NCBI GenBank assembly: GCA_002269645.1 | Contig: NIVC01003782.1 | Span: forward strand, 12,974 to 76,973 | Length of the DNA stretch: 64,000 bases | Direction of reading: 5' to 3' | From: Macrostomum lignano | Lineage: Eukaryota | Part shown: one piece after another, positions 36,835 to 48,200 of the stretch | How the letters are laid out: every line of letters starts with the position of its first letter | How positions within the stretch are numbered: position 1 is the stretch's first letter | Translations under genes and position numbers: made by a program | Notes under the pieces: model-generated | The model's input: the letters and a program-made list of their open reading frames with translations, nothing else | What the model was told of the DNA's origin: nothing | Database searches by the model: none

Positions 36835-37430
36835 AGACGAACGTTCGTAAAAATCATGTGCAGCATAAAGCGGCTCGTATTTGTAAGCGATAGCTTACTG
36901 ATAGTAAAGCTATTTGAACATGGCGCGAATTCCTCACATGGTGGACTAGAAAATGTCGCCATGTGCAAGGCAAGGACTTGGTGCAAGGGCGTATAAATAG
37001 CAGTTCCACTCAGCTGGCTAGAGGTGGAGCCGACCTCGTGTGGCTATGACTGACTGACGAGGGCAAACAAGCCCGAAACCGGTCTCAGTCTGCCCCGCAT
37101 TGTTCGATTCCCACTGATAACATGATTTTCACGAACGTTCGTAAAAATCATGTGCAGCATAAAGCGGCTCTCAGTGGTTACATGATTTTTACGAACTTTC
37201 GTAAAAATCATGTGCAGCATAAAGCGGCTCTCAGTGGTTACATGATTTTTACGAACGTTCGTAAAAATCATGTGCATAACAGGAATTCGCACGAATTCAA
37301 CTGTGCAAAATAGCATTTTTCTGAGAAAGACTAGTGCGCAGTTGGATTCGCGCCATTTCCTGTCTTAACAGGAATTCGCACGAATTCAACTGTGCAAAAA
37401 AAAGCTTTTTTTCTGAGAAAGACTAATGAC
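36835..37430. repeat. 60-bp-period array of 34-bp palindromes followed by two 89-bp-period EcoRI-rich repeats
   Basis: ACATGATTTTTACGAAC|GTTCGTAAAAATCATGT is perfect at 37240-37273, has one mismatch at 37120-37153 and 37180-37213, and is partial at ~36837. AACAGGAATTCGCACGAATTCAACTGTGCAAAA at 37278 and 37367. Confidence 0.92.
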
Positions 37431-37735
37431 AGACTTGTGTTTTTTATGTGCGAATACTTGCGAAGTTAACCAACTTTTGGCATAATAAAACAATAGACTG
37501 AGCACAGACTAGCAATCTACGCCCCCCGTTGGGGAGCCAAATAAATGCAATACACGTTTTTTTAATAAGCTACATGTATCCTTGAAATCTTAAAAAATCT
37601 CCTGTCAAACCTTGTAAGCCTTGACATGTCAGTAATTCCCCCCCCCCACAAGCTTTGACATATCAACTTCCCCCCTTGACATCTCAGCAATGCCCCCAAT
37701 AAGCCTTGGAAATCTAAAAATATCTGTCAACCTTC

Positions 37736-37793
37736 TAACCCTAGCCTAACCCTAACCCTAACCCTAGCCCTAACCCTAACCCTAACCCTAACC
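37736..37793. repeat. Interstitial (TAACCC)n telomere-like tract in Helitron A; homologous tract at 42348-42380 in B
   Basis: Runs of CCCTAA at equivalent positions in both elements. Confidence 0.9.
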
Positions 37794-38634
37794 TAGCATT
37801 GAAATTTCAGTAATTCTCTCTAAGAGTCACTATAGCACTACTACAGCATTATAGCGATTTCCTGCAAGCCTCGACATCGTAGGGATTCCCAAATGAATCT
37901 CTTAACTTCGACATGAAGCTTCTTTTATTTTTTACATTACGCTTTTTTTATCAGCGATCCCTCCCCTGAGGAGGCATCAAATAATGTAATAAAAAGTTTT
38001 CAATAAACTACATGTAGCTTCTGACTTTAGCCTTGAAATCTCATTTATACCCCCGTGAGCCTTGACATCTCAGCTATTCCCCCCGTAAGCCTTAACATGT
38101 CAGCGATGGCGCCCATAAACCTTGAAATCTAAAAAATCCCCTGTTATTCTGTTAACCTTGAAACCCGATAAAATATAACCCTCAACCCACACCTGACCTA
38201 AACCTAACTTTAACCCAACCTAAAGCCTTGAAATCTCAGCAATTCTTCTCCCCTAAGCCTTGACATTTTAGTGATTCCTTCTTTAAGAATCACAGCACTA
38301 TAACGATTTCCACCAAGCTTTGACATCGTAGCAATTCCCAAATGAATCTTTTAACTTGAACATGACTTTTCTTTTATGTATAGCTCGTACATACGCTCGT
38401 AGTGCTACTTTTATTTTTTACATGACTCTTCTTCTATAAGCGCCTCCCGTGGCGAGCCAACAAAGAATGCAATAAAAAAATTGAGTAAAGTACATGAACT
38501 TTGAAGTAGCTTCTGACTTTTGCTTTGACATCTCAGAAACCCCCCCCCCCGTAATCTCAGCAGTTATTCTCTGAGAGCCTTTACGTCTCAGTTTTTCTCC
38601 CCAGCACAGCATTATAGCTGCATTTAATTTTTGA

Positions 38635-41115
38635 TTTTTATGATTTTCTATGATTTTTAAATGACGCTTCTACGATTTTTACATGACGCTTCTATGATTT
38701 TTTACATGACGCTTCTATGATTTTTTACATGACGCTTCTATGATTGTTTACATGACGCTTCTATGATTTTTTAAATGACGCTTCTATGATTGTTTACATG
38801 ACGCTTCTATGATTTTTTACATGACGCTTCTATGATTGTTTACATGACGCTTCTATGATTGTTTACATGACGCTTCTATGATTGTTTACATGACGCTTCT
38901 ATGATTCTTTACGTGACGCTTTTATGATTTTCACATGACGCTTCTATGATTTTTTAAATGACGCATCTATGATTTTTATATGACGCTTCTATGATTTTTT
39001 TAAATGACGCTTCTATGATTGTTTACATGATGCTTCTATGATTTTTTAAATGACGCATCTATGATTTTTTTACATGACGCTTCTATGATTCTTTACATGA
39101 CGCTTCTATGATTGTTTACATGACGCTACTATGATTTTTTTACATGATGCTTCTATGATTGTTTACATGACGCTTCTATGATTGTTTACATGACGCTTCT
39201 ATGATTTTTTTCATGACGCTTCTGTGATTGTTTACATGACGCTTCTATGATTGTTTACATGATGCTTTTATGATTGCTTACATGACGCTTCTATGATTGT
39301 TTACATGACGCTTCTATGATTGTTTACATGACGCTTCTATGATTGTTTACATGACGCTTCTATGATTGTTTACATGACTCTTCTATGATTTTTTACATGA
39401 CGCTTCTATGGTTGTTTACATGACGCTTCTATGATTTTTACATGACGCTTCTATGATTTTTTTAAATGATGCATCTATGATTTTTATATGACGCTTCTAT
39501 GATTTTTTACATGACGCTTCTATGATTGTTTACATGACGCTTCCATGATTTTTTAAATGACGCATCTATGATTTTTGCATGACGCTTCTATGATTTTTTA
39601 AATGACGCTTCTACGATTTTTTACATGACGCTTCTATGATTGTTTACATGACGCTTCTATGATTGTTTACATGACGCTTCTATGATTGTTTACATGACGC
39701 TTCTATGATTTTTTTACATGACGCTTCTATAATTGTTTACATGACGCTTCTATGATTTTTTACATGACGCTTCTATGATTGTTTACATGACGCTTCTATG
39801 ATTGTTTACATGACGCTTCTATGATTCTTTACGTGACGCTTCTATGATTTTCACATGACGCTTCTATGATTGTTTACATGACGCTTCCATGATTTTTTAA
39901 ATGACGCATCTATGATTTTTATATGACGCTTCTATGATTTTTTTAAATGACGCTTCTATGATTGTTTACATGATGCTTCTATGATTTTTAAAATGACGCA
40001 TCTATGATTTTTATATGATGCTTCTATGATTTTTTAAATGACGCTTCTATGATTGTTTACATGATGCTTCTATGGTTTTTTAAATGACGCATCTATGATT
40101 TTTATATGATGCTTCTATGATTTTTTAAATGACGCATCTATGATTTTTATATGACGCTTCTATAATTTTTTATATGACGCTTCTACGATTTTTTACATGA
40201 CGCTACTATGATTTTTACATGACGCTTCTTTTTAAAAAGTCTTTTAGTTTTCCTGACGTTGAAAAGCTTTAATTAAAAAAATTATACTCTATGAAAATTC
40301 GAACCATCGTCGCTGCATTTAGCAGTTCAGTCTGTTCACCTCTAGGCATCTATGATGCATCTATGATTTTTATATGACGCTTCTATGATTTTTTACATGA
40401 CGCTTCTACGATTGTTTACATGACGCTTCCATGATTTTTTAAATGACGCATCTATGATTTTTGCATGACGCTTCTATGATTTTTTAAATGACGCTTCTAC
40501 GATTTTTTACATGACGCTTCTATGATTGTTTACATGACGCTTCTATGATTGTTTACATGACGCTTCTATGATTGTTTACATGACGCTTCTATGATTTTTT
40601 TACATGACGCTTCTATAATTGTTTACATGACGCTTCTATGATTTTTTACATGACGCTTCTATGATTGTTTACATGACGCTTCTATGATTGTTTACATGAC
40701 GCTTCTATGATTTTTTACGTGACGCTTCTATGATTTTCACATGACGCTTCTATGATTGTTTACATGACGCTTCCATGATTTTTTAAATGACGCATCTATG
40801 ATTTTTATATGACGCTTCTATGATTTTTTTAAATGACGCTTCTATGATTGTTTACATGATGCTTCTATGATTTTTTAAATGACGCATCTATGATTTTTAT
40901 ATGATGCTTCTATGATTTTTTCATGGCGCTTCTATGATTGTTTACATGATGCTTCTATGGTTTTTTAAATGACGCATCTATGATTTTTATATGATGCTTC
41001 TATGATTTTTTAAATGACGCATCTATGATTTTTATATGACGCTTCTATAATTTTTTATATGACGCTTCTACGATTTTTTACATGACGCTACTATGATTTT
41101 TACATGACGCTTCTT
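38635..41115. repeat. 22-24-bp satellite (CATGACGCTTCTATGATTGTTTA) in Helitron A, two blocks (38635-40230, 40349-41115)
   Basis: Direct reading. Block ~39465-40347 is duplicated at ~40350-41232 (offset ~885). Confidence 0.96.
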
Positions 41116-41697
41116 TTTAAAAAGTCTTTTAGTTTTCCTGACGTTGAAAAGCTTTAATTAAAAAAATTATACTCTATGAAAATTCGAACCATCGTCGCTG
41201 CATTTAGCAGTTCAGTCTGTTCACCTCTAGGCTAGTTCTCATCTTTTTGATAACATCAAATTTTGCACTTATATATATATATAATTCAACAGTTTAAAAT
41301 CCAAGCATAGAGTAAATCACACGAAGCAGTTATGACATAATCAATATCCAGTCAGTCAGTATCAGTTAACAATATGGTTACGCAATTTAAATCAAGTCTG
41401 GTGCTACGCTTCCACACTGCATTTTCAATTCAAGTCGGAGTTACAATTCAGTTATGATGCAATCTATTTCAGAATCAGAATTCAACCAGTCAGTTTTTTC
41501 TCTAGCATTCTTACAATGCATCTCAAGTCGAAAAGTTTGCTTGACCTTTGCAAAAAAGCATGTTTTTCGAATATTTAATGCCTTTAGCATCGAGCAATTT
41601 CTTAGCCACGATGCATGTACAGTCACGGGAAAATTTCTGATCGAACAGTGCAAGTTCGAACAAAATCGGTCCAGCCATTTTTTCTCTAATCGATCAC

Positions 41698-41734
<37 letters not shown>

Positions 41735-43324
41735 CACAGACAGACCATTTTTAGTATATTGGACTAGCTAAAGTTTTGCCCCCCTTCGGGGAGCAGAAAT
41801 AATTAATATTCGTCTAATATAATATACCTTTTAGCAGGAGTACTTTAAGTGTTTTTCTTAAGCTTAAGCTTAAAATAGGAATTTTTGGAGATCGTTAATA
41901 ACGCATTTTAGGTAAAACAAAACTATCAACTTTTTACAGTTTTTAGTTTAGAGCCCTGTATATGTCAACGTGTTTGATAAAAATTATTTTTATCATTTTT
42001 GATAAAAAATGGCCTTCGGGGTGGCCAATAAGCAAGGGACGAATCCTTTTAAATGAAAAAAAATTCTTAGGGAGGGGGGCTAGGAATCGAATTCTCATTT
42101 TAATTCCAGGCTTATGTACCAATAAAACATGTTTGTGCAGAATTTTATAACAGACATTGAAATTCAACCATACTTGCCTTCTTTCAGAGCTACTTCTACC
42201 AGTATGCTTCAGTACGCTACCAGTACCCTTGTAAGCCTTGACATGTCAGCAATCCCCCCCCCCACAAGCCTTAACATATCAACTCCCCCTTGACATCTCA
42301 GCAATGCTCCCACAAGCCTTGAAATCTTAAAAAATCTGTCTATTTTCTAACCCTAACCCTAACCCTAACCCTAACCCTAAAGCATTGAAATTTCAGTAAT
42401 TCTCTCTAAGAGTCTATAGCACTACTACAGCATTATAGCGATTCCCTGCAAGCCTCGACATCGTAGGGATTCCCAAATGAATCTCTTAACTTTGACATGA
42501 AGCTTCTTTTTTTTTTACATTACGCTTTTTCTATCAGCGATCCCTCCCGTGAGGAGCCAACAAATAATGTAATAACTTTTTTCCAATAAACTACATGTAG
42601 CTTCTGACATTAGCCTTGACATCTCATTTATTCCCCCGTGAGCCTTGACATCTCAGCTATAGATAGATAGATAGATTCCCCTCGTAAGCCTTGACATGTC
42701 AGCGATGCCCCCATAAACCTTGAAATCTAAAAAATCTCCTGTTAACCTTGAAACGCGCTAAAATCTAACCCTCAACCCAAACCTGACGTAAACCTAACTT
42801 TCACCCAACCTAAAGCCTTGAAATCTCAGCAATTCTTCTTCCCTAAGCCTTGGCATTTAAGTGATTCCTTCTTTAAGAATCACAGCACTATAACGATTCC
42901 CTCCAAGCTTTGACATCGTAGCAATTCCCAAATGAATCTTTTAACTTTGACATGACTTTTATTTTATGTATACATAGTGCTCCTTTTATTTTTACATGAC
43001 TCTTCTTCTATCAGCGCCCCCCCCCACCGTGGCAAGCCAACAAAGAATGCAATAAAAAACTTAAGTAAAGTACATGTACTTTGAAGTAGCTTCTGACTTT
43101 TGCTTTAACATCTCAGAAACCCCCTGTAATCTCAGTTATTCTCTGTGAGCCTTGACGTCTCAGTAATTCTCCCCAGCACAGCACTGTACTATAGCTTCAT
43201 TTAATTTTTATATGACATTTCTTTCATGTCTGACATGACGCTTCTTTTGATTTTTACGTTACGCTTCTTTTATTCTTCCATGATGCTTCTTAATTTTTTA
43301 AATGACACACTTTCATTAGTTTTT

Positions 43325-44900
43325 ATATGAGGCTTCTATAATTTTTTCATGACGCTTCTATGCTTGTTTACATGACGCTTGTATGATTTTTACATGACGC
43401 TTCTATGATTGTTTACATGACGCTTGTATGATTGTTTACATGACGCTTCTATGATTTTTTACATGACGCTTTTATGATTTTTACATGACGCTTCTATGAT
43501 TTTTTACATGACGCTTCTATGATTTTTACATGACGCTTCTATGATTTTTACATGACGCTTCTATGATTTTTACATGACGCTTCTATGATTTTTACCTGAC
43601 GCTTCTATGATTTTTTACATGACGCTTCTATGATTGTTTACATGACGCTTCTATGATTGTATACATGACGCTTCTATGATTGTTTACATGACGCTTTTAT
43701 GATTGTTTACATGACGCTTCTATGATTTTTACATGACGCTTCTATGATTTTTACATGACGCTTCTATGATTGTTTACATGACGCTTCTATGATTTTTACA
43801 TGACGCTTCTATGATTTTTTACATGACGCTTCTATGATTTTTACATGACGCTTCTATGATTTTTACATGACGCTTCTATGATTTTTACATGACGCTTCTA
43901 TGATTTTTACATGACGCTTCTATGATTTTTACCTGACGCTTCTATGATTTTTTACATGACGCTTCTATGATTGTTTACATGACGCTTCTATGATTGTATA
44001 CATGACGCTTCTATGATTGTTTACATGACGCTTTTATGATTGTTTACATGACGCTTCTATGATTTTTACATGACGCTTCTATGATTTTTACATGACGCTT
44101 CTATGATTGTTTACATGACGCTTCTATGATTTTTACATGACGCTTCTATGATTTTTTACATGACGCTTCTATGATTTTTACATGACGCTTCTATGATTTT
44201 TACATGACGCTTCTATGATTTTTACATGACGCTTCTATGATTTTTACATGACGCTTCTATGATTTTTTACATGACGCTTCTATGATTGTTTACATGACGC
44301 TTCTATGATTGTATACATGACGCTTCTATGATTGTTTACATGACGCTTTTATGATTGTTTACATGACGCTTCTATGATTTTTACATGACGCTTCTATGAT
44401 TTTTACATGACGCTTCTATGATTGTTTACATGACGCTTCTATGATTGTTTACATGACGCTTCTATGATTTTAACATGACGCTTCTATGATTTTTTTACAT
44501 GACGCTTCTATGATTGTTTACATGACGCTTGTATGATTGTTTACATGACGCTTGTATGATTTTAACATGACGCTTCTATGATTGTTTACATTACGCTTCT
44601 ATGATTGCTTGCATGACGCTTCTATGATTTTTTATGACGTTTTTATGATTTTAACATGACGCTTCTATGATTTTTTTACATGACGCTTCTATGATTGTTT
44701 ACATGACGCTTGTATGATTGTTTACATGACGCTTTTATGATTTTAACATGACGCTTCTATGATTGTTTACATTACGCTTCTATGATTTTTACATGACGCT
44801 TCTATGATTTTTACATGACGCTTCTATGATTGTTTACATGACGCTTCTATGATTGTTTACATGACGCTTGTATGATTGTTTACATGACGCTTCCATAATT
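43325..44900. repeat. Same 22-24-bp satellite in Helitron B
   Basis: CATGACGCTTCTATGATT(G/T)TTTA units. Confidence 0.96.
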
Positions 44901-45289
44901 TTTTTTGTCTTGGCGTTAAAAGGCTTTAATTAAAAAAACTCTACTCTCTAAAAATTCGAACCATCGTCCCTGCATTTAGCAGTTTAGTCTGTTTACCTCT
45001 AGGCTAGCTCTCATGAATTTTAGTCATTACCCCTAAATAGAAAATATTCCCAAGACAGCAAGCATCCCCCCAGTAGCAAGCATCCCCTAATACTCCTAGC
45101 AAGCATCCACCCAGATAGCAAGCATCTGCAGATAGCAAGCATCTTGCAGATAGCAAGCATCTTGCAGATAGCAAGCATACCCCAAATAATGTAGAAGCAT
45201 CCTTCCAGATAGCAAGCATCCTGCACATAGCAAGAATCCCTAAATAGCAAGCATCCCTGGATAGAAATAATCCTATACATGTAGCCAAG

Positions 45290-48200
45290 CTTATCAAGCG
45301 CAGTAATCCTTGGCTATCGAGTGCAGTAATCCTTGGTTTATTAATAGCAATAATCCATGGCTTATCGAGTGCAGTAATCCTTGGTTTATTAATAGCAATA
45401 ATCCTTGGCTTATCGAGTGCAGTAATTCATGGTTTATTAATAGCAATAATCCTTGGCTTATCGAGTGCAGTAATCCTTGGTTTATTAATAGCAATAATCC
45501 ATGCCTTATCGAGTGCAGTAATCCTTGGTTTATTAATAGCAATAATCCTTGGCTTATCGAGTGCAGTAATCCTTGGTTTATTAATAGCAATAATCCATGG
45601 CTTATCGAGTGCAGTAATCCTTGGTTTGCCAAGAGCAATAGTCCTTGGCTTATCGAGTGCAGTAATCCTTGGTTTGCCAAGAGCAATAGTCCTTGGTTTA
45701 TTGAGTGCAGTAATCCTTGGTTTATTAATAGCAATAGTCCTTGGTTTATTGAGTGCAGTAATCCTTGGTTTATTAATAGCAATAATCCTTGGCTTATCGA
45801 GTGCAGTAATCCTTGGTTTGCCAAGTGCATAATCCTTGGTTTATCGAGTGCAGTAATCCTTGGTTTATTAATAGCAATAATCCTTGGCTTATCGAGTGCA
45901 GTAATCCTTGGTTTATTAATAGCAATAATCCATGGCTTATCGAGTGCAGTAATCCTTGGTTTGCCAAGAGCAATAGTCCTTGGCTTATCGAGTGCAGTAA
46001 TCCTTGGTTTGCCAAGAGCAATAGTCCTTGGTTTATTGAGTGCAGTAATCCTTGGTTTATTAATAGCAATAGTCCTTGGTTTATTGAGTGCAGTAATCCT
46101 TGGTTTATTAATAGCAATAATCCTTGGCTTATCGAGTGCAGTAATCCTTGGTTTGCCAAGTGCATAATCCTTGGTTTATTAATAGCAATAATCCTTGGCT
46201 TATCGAGTGCAGTAATCCTTGGTTTATTAATAGCAATAATCCTTGGTTTATCGAGTGCATTAATCCTTGGTTTATTAATAGCAATAATCCTTGGCTTATC
46301 GAGTGCAGTAATCCTTGGTTTATTAATAGCAATAATCCTTGGCTTATCGAGTGCAGTAATCCTTGGTTTGCCAAGAGCAATAGTCCTTGGTTTTTTGAGT
46401 GCAGTAATCCTTGGTTTATTAATAGCAATAGTCCTTGGTTTATTGAGTGCAGTAATGCTTGGTTTATTAATAGCAATAATCCTTGGCTTATCGATTGCAG
46501 TAATCCTTGGTTTGCCAAGTGCATAATCCTTGGTTTATTAATAGCAATAATCCTTGGTTTATCGAGTGCAGTAATCCTTAGTTTATTAATAGCAATAATC
46601 CTTGGCTTATCGAGTGCAGTAATCCTTGGTTTATTAATAGCAATAATCCATGGCTTATCGAGTGCAGTAATCCTTGGTTTGCCAAGAGCAATAGTCCTTG
46701 GCTTATCGAGTGCAGTAATCCTTGGTTTGCCAAGAGCAATAGTCCTTGGTTTATTGAGTGCAGTAATCCTTGGTTTATTAATAGCAATAGTCCTTGGCTT
46801 ATCGAGTGCAGTAATCCTTGGTTTATTAATAGCAATAATCCTTGGTTTATCGAGTGCAGTAATCCTTGGTTTATTAATAGCAATAATCCTTGGCTTATCG
46901 AGTGCAGTAATCCTTGGTTTATTAATAGCAATAATCCATGGCTTATGAGTGCAGTAATCCTTGGTTTATTAATAGCAATAATCCTTGGCTTATCGAGTGC
47001 AGTAATTCATGGTTTATTAATAGCAATAGTCCTTGGTTTATTGAGTGCAGTAATCCTTGGTTTATTAATAGCAATAATCCTTGGCTTATCGAGTGCAGTA
47101 ATCCTTGGTTTGCCAAGTGCATAATCCTTGGTTTATTAATAGCAATAATCCTTGGCTTATCGAGTGCAGTAATCCTTGGTTTATTAATAGCAATAATCCT
47201 TGGTTTATCGAGTGCATTAATCCTTGGTTTATTAATAGCAATAATCCTTGGCTTATCGAGTGCAGTAATCCTTGGTTTATTAATAGCAATAATCCTTGGC
47301 TTATCGAGTGCAGTAATCCTTGGTTTGCCAAGAGCAATAGTCCTTGGTTTTTTGAGTGCAGTAATCCTTGGTTTATTAATAGCAATAGTCCTTGGTTTAT
47401 TGAGTGCAGTAATGCTTGGTTTATTAATAGCAATAATCCTTGGCTTATCGATTGCAGTAATCCTTGGTTTGCCAAGTGCATAATCCTTGGTTTATTAATA
47501 GCAATAATCCTTGGTTTATCGAGTGCAGTAATCCTTAGTTTATTAATAGCAATAATCCTTGGCTTATCGAGTGCAGTAATCCTTGGTTTATTAATAGCAA
47601 TAATCCATGGCTTATCGAGTGCAGTAATCCTTGGTTTGCCAAGAGCAATAGTCCTTGGCTTATCGAGTGCAGTAATCCTTGGTTTGCCAAGAGCAATAGT
47701 CCTTGGTTTATTGAGTGCAGTAATCCTTGGTTTATTAATAGCAATAGTCCTTGGCTTATCGAGTGCAGTAATCCTTGGTTTATTAATAGCAATAATCCTT
47801 GGTTTATCGAGTGCAGTAATCCTTGGTTTATTAATAGCAATAATCCTTGGCTTATCGAGTGCAGTAATCCTTGGTTTATTAATAGCAATAATCCATGGCT
47901 TATGAGTGCAGTAATCCTTGGTTTATTAATAGCAATAATCCTTGGCTTATCGAGTGCAGTAATTCATGGTTTATTAATAGCAATAATCCTTGGCTTATCG
48001 AGTGCAGTAATCCTTGGTTTATTAATAGCAATAATCCATGGCTTATCGAGTGCAGTAATCCTTGGTTTGCCAAGAGCAATAATCCTTGCTTATCGAGTGC
48101 AGTATTCCTTGGTTTGCCAAGAGCAATAATCCTTAGCTTATCGAGTGCAGTATTCCTTGGTTTGCCAAGAGCAATAGTCCTTGGTTTATTGAGTGCAGTA

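Larger units (their letters stand above)
37509..41763 (-). mobile_element. Non-autonomous Helitron A (Lep1-like), 4255 bp
   Basis: Minus strand: 5' TCCAATATACTAAAA, then (CTAT)n. 3' end GCTCCCC-AAC-GGGGGGC hairpin, 8 nt, CTAG, then target T at 37508. Both terminal regions are homologous to element B. Confidence 0.85.

Noticed and set aside
41441-41737. ORFs at 41441-41737 and 51489-51761 with similar translations
   Set aside because: They reflect the conserved non-coding 5' module of the two Helitrons; no Rep/helicase motifs.
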